A DNA stretch of 64,000 nucleotides, from NCBI GenBank assembly GCA_963708295.1, contig CAVPSJ010000007.1, forward strand, positions 1 through 64,000. The letters run 5' to 3'. Made by a program: the position numbers and the translations under genes. This stretch comes from an uncultured delta proteobacterium. GTDB lineage: Bacteria; Desulfobacterota; BSN033; UBA1163. Positions within the stretch are counted from its first letter, which is position 1. Every line of letters starts with the position of its first letter. Positions 61,364-64,000 of the stretch are shown in pieces. The notes below the pieces were generated by a model. It was not told the DNA's origin. It saw only the letters and a program-made list of their open reading frames with translations, and made no database searches.

Positions 61364-62368
61364 TTAACGGCCCTGGATCCATCTGACTATATTCGACCCC
61401 CAACTTGACGCGCCTAACCTTTTACCCCATTCCCAAGCTTTGCACCGAAGGGGATGATAATCCTTCACATAAGTGAAAATGCCCTTCGATTGACTACCCC
61501 ATTTCTCTTTAAATCGGATTAAAGAAAGGTCCATCGGATCCGAGCCCATAAAATCGAAGAAGGAAATCCTTTTCTCCAGTGCATTCTCTATCGATGAATG
61601 AACCAATAGTTCATTGGGACAGAACTTTAAGAATTCATACTGCGAACCATTATGGAAATAATGCGTTGAGGAAGCCGAATAAATGAGAATGATGCCGGCA
61701 ATCGCCACGCCATTCAGATGAGCCACGTAGATGGCGCCCAACCCTTTTTTTGTTAGTACTTCATAAAGGGTCTCAAACCAGCGCATTGGATACTTGGCCA
61801 TGGCCCTATTCCGGTCCATCGAGGCTATATAGAGTTCATAGAATACCTTTGCATCTTCTCTGGAATCTCCGCGACGAATTGTAACCCTACTTCTCTGTGC
61901 TTTTCTAACATCTCTACGAATATTTTTTTTGTAGCCTTCCCAAATTCTCTCTTTGTCATACCCTCTCAAATCTAATAGAGTGCACTTGGCGGAAGCTGGC
62001 CTAAAAGAAGGGTCCAATGGATAGGATTCGGAGAAAGGGGATTCGGTTAACCGGGCCTGGTCAATCCTTTTATTTCTAAACTCCTTTTCCAAGACTTCTA
62101 AAAAGGTCGGATAATAAGACCTTTGACCAATCAAATTTCCATACGGTATAGAGGCATATAGAATTTTGAAAATCCTAAAATTGAGCAAGACCCCCGGCAA
62201 ACCAGCAACGATCTCTCCTCCTTCTCTTAAGCAAAAATAAAGGGGTTGTCCTCCCAACCCCTGTTTGAGCACGTCACTCCATACCGATTGATAAAAGATG
62301 AGATCCGTGTATCGGGAGGCAAATTCATCCCATTCTTTTCCAGGCGACTCGAAAACCTTTAGTTCCAT
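61364..62368 (-). CDS. FemAB-like GNAT acyltransferase (polysaccharide locus)
   Basis: 'NIRRDVRKA', 'FYELY', 'PNELL', 'FDFMG', 'L.RFKEKWG'. Confidence 0.8.
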   Translation of the reverse strand: MELKVFESPGKEWDEFASRYTDLIFYQSVWSDVLKQGLGGQPLYFCLREGGEIVAGLPGVLLNFRIFKILYASIPYGNLIGQRSYYPTFLEVLEKEFRNKRIDQARLTESPFSESYPLDPSFRPASAKCTLLDLRGYDKERIWEGYKKNIRRDVRKAQRSRVTIRRGDSREDAKVFYELYIASMDRNRAMAKYPMRWFETLYEVLTKKGLGAIYVAHLNGVAIAGIILIYSASSTHYFHNGSQYEFLKFCPNELLVHSSIENALEKRISFFDFMGSDPMDLSLIRFKEKWGSQSKGIFTYVKDYHPLRCKAWEWGKRLGASSWGSNIVRWIQGR

Positions 62369-62408
62369 GAAGCCTCGTGTTGGCCATAGGTGATTAGTCT
62401 CATCCGAT

Positions 62409-63562
<1,154 letters not shown>

Positions 63563-63590
63563 CGTGTCCGTGTCCGTGATCCGTGTCCGT
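63563..63590. repeat. 6-nt tandem repeat arm (CGTGTC)n downstream of the four-helix-bundle gene
   Basis: cgtgtc cgtgtc cgtgatc cgtgtc cgt; the inverse cggacacggatca starts at 63988 and is cut by the window edge. Confidence 0.8.
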
Positions 63591-63598
63591 TATCAAAC

Positions 63599-63949
63599 TT
63601 ATTCCAAAGATTTAGCTAACTTGGTCAACATCTGACTAACACGTTCGTATTGGGGTAAAAGCTCTGAATATTTATTCTCAATAATATATTTTAGATCTTT
63701 CACCAATAGCAATTGATATTTCATTTCGCCCGTGGACCCTTTTGCAATACCAACGAATTGCCTATACTCTTTCCTATTTAAGCGGTGGCCTCCCTCCATA
63801 AGGTTCATTGGTATGGAATAAGCTGCTCTTCTCATTTGGGAAACGAGTCCAAATTTCTCTCCCCCGGGAAAGGATTTTGTCAGCTCGAAGATTTCAAGCG
63901 CCAATGAATGAGACAGTTTGAATACGTCTAATTCCTCTACAGTTTTCAT
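63599..63949 (-). CDS. Four helix bundle protein (23S rRNA IVP / Avd-like family)
   Basis: 'ELDVF..SH.LA..I..LT.SFP..EKFGL.SQMRRAAYSIP.NL.EG..R....EYRQF..IAKGS..E..YQL'. Confidence 0.92.
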   Translation of the reverse strand: MKTVEELDVFKLSHSLALEIFELTKSFPGGEKFGLVSQMRRAAYSIPMNLMEGGHRLNRKEYRQFVGIAKGSTGEMKYQLLLVKDLKYIIENKYSELLPQYERVSQMLTKLAKSLE

Positions 63950-64000
63950 GGTTAATCTCCTTTCGCGATCGGGAAAGTTGAGTTTTCCGGACACGGATCA

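Noticed and set aside
63599-63994. Diversity-generating retroelement (Avd-like gene)
   Set aside because: No reverse transcriptase or TR/VR pair is visible in the window; it cannot be excluded beyond the edge.

Overview
A 64-kb bacterial chromosomal segment whose gene content points to a Desulfobacterota/'deltaproteobacterial' anaerobe (inference: PxxKW Cys-rich protein, several sigma54 promoters, MetE-like protein). The housekeeping backbone is proS, pyrF, rlmB, sdhCAB-like, argJ, secA, pmbA, fabH, alr, thiS-thiF, argA-like, recN and nadK. Accessory blocks are a NarL-type two-component pair, a putative ceramide/sphingolipid-modification trio, a 20-39 kb patchwork of enzymes ending in a sigma54-preceded operon of two dynamin-like GTPases plus a tail-anchored protein, and a glycosylation/surface-polysaccharide locus at 56-64 kb. 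Clustered single-base frameshifts in otherwise intact genes probably reflect long-read consensus errors. The most striking non-genic signal is a set of about 10 intergenic elements made of degenerate 6/7/8-nt tandem repeats, mostly arranged as inverted arms and sitting mostly at gene junctions inside operons. One of them brackets a four-helix-bundle (Avd/23S-IVP-like) gene, suggesting a full and empty element system. No rRNA, tRNA, CRISPR array or intact transposase was recognised. All family calls come from motif recognition by eye, not from database searches.
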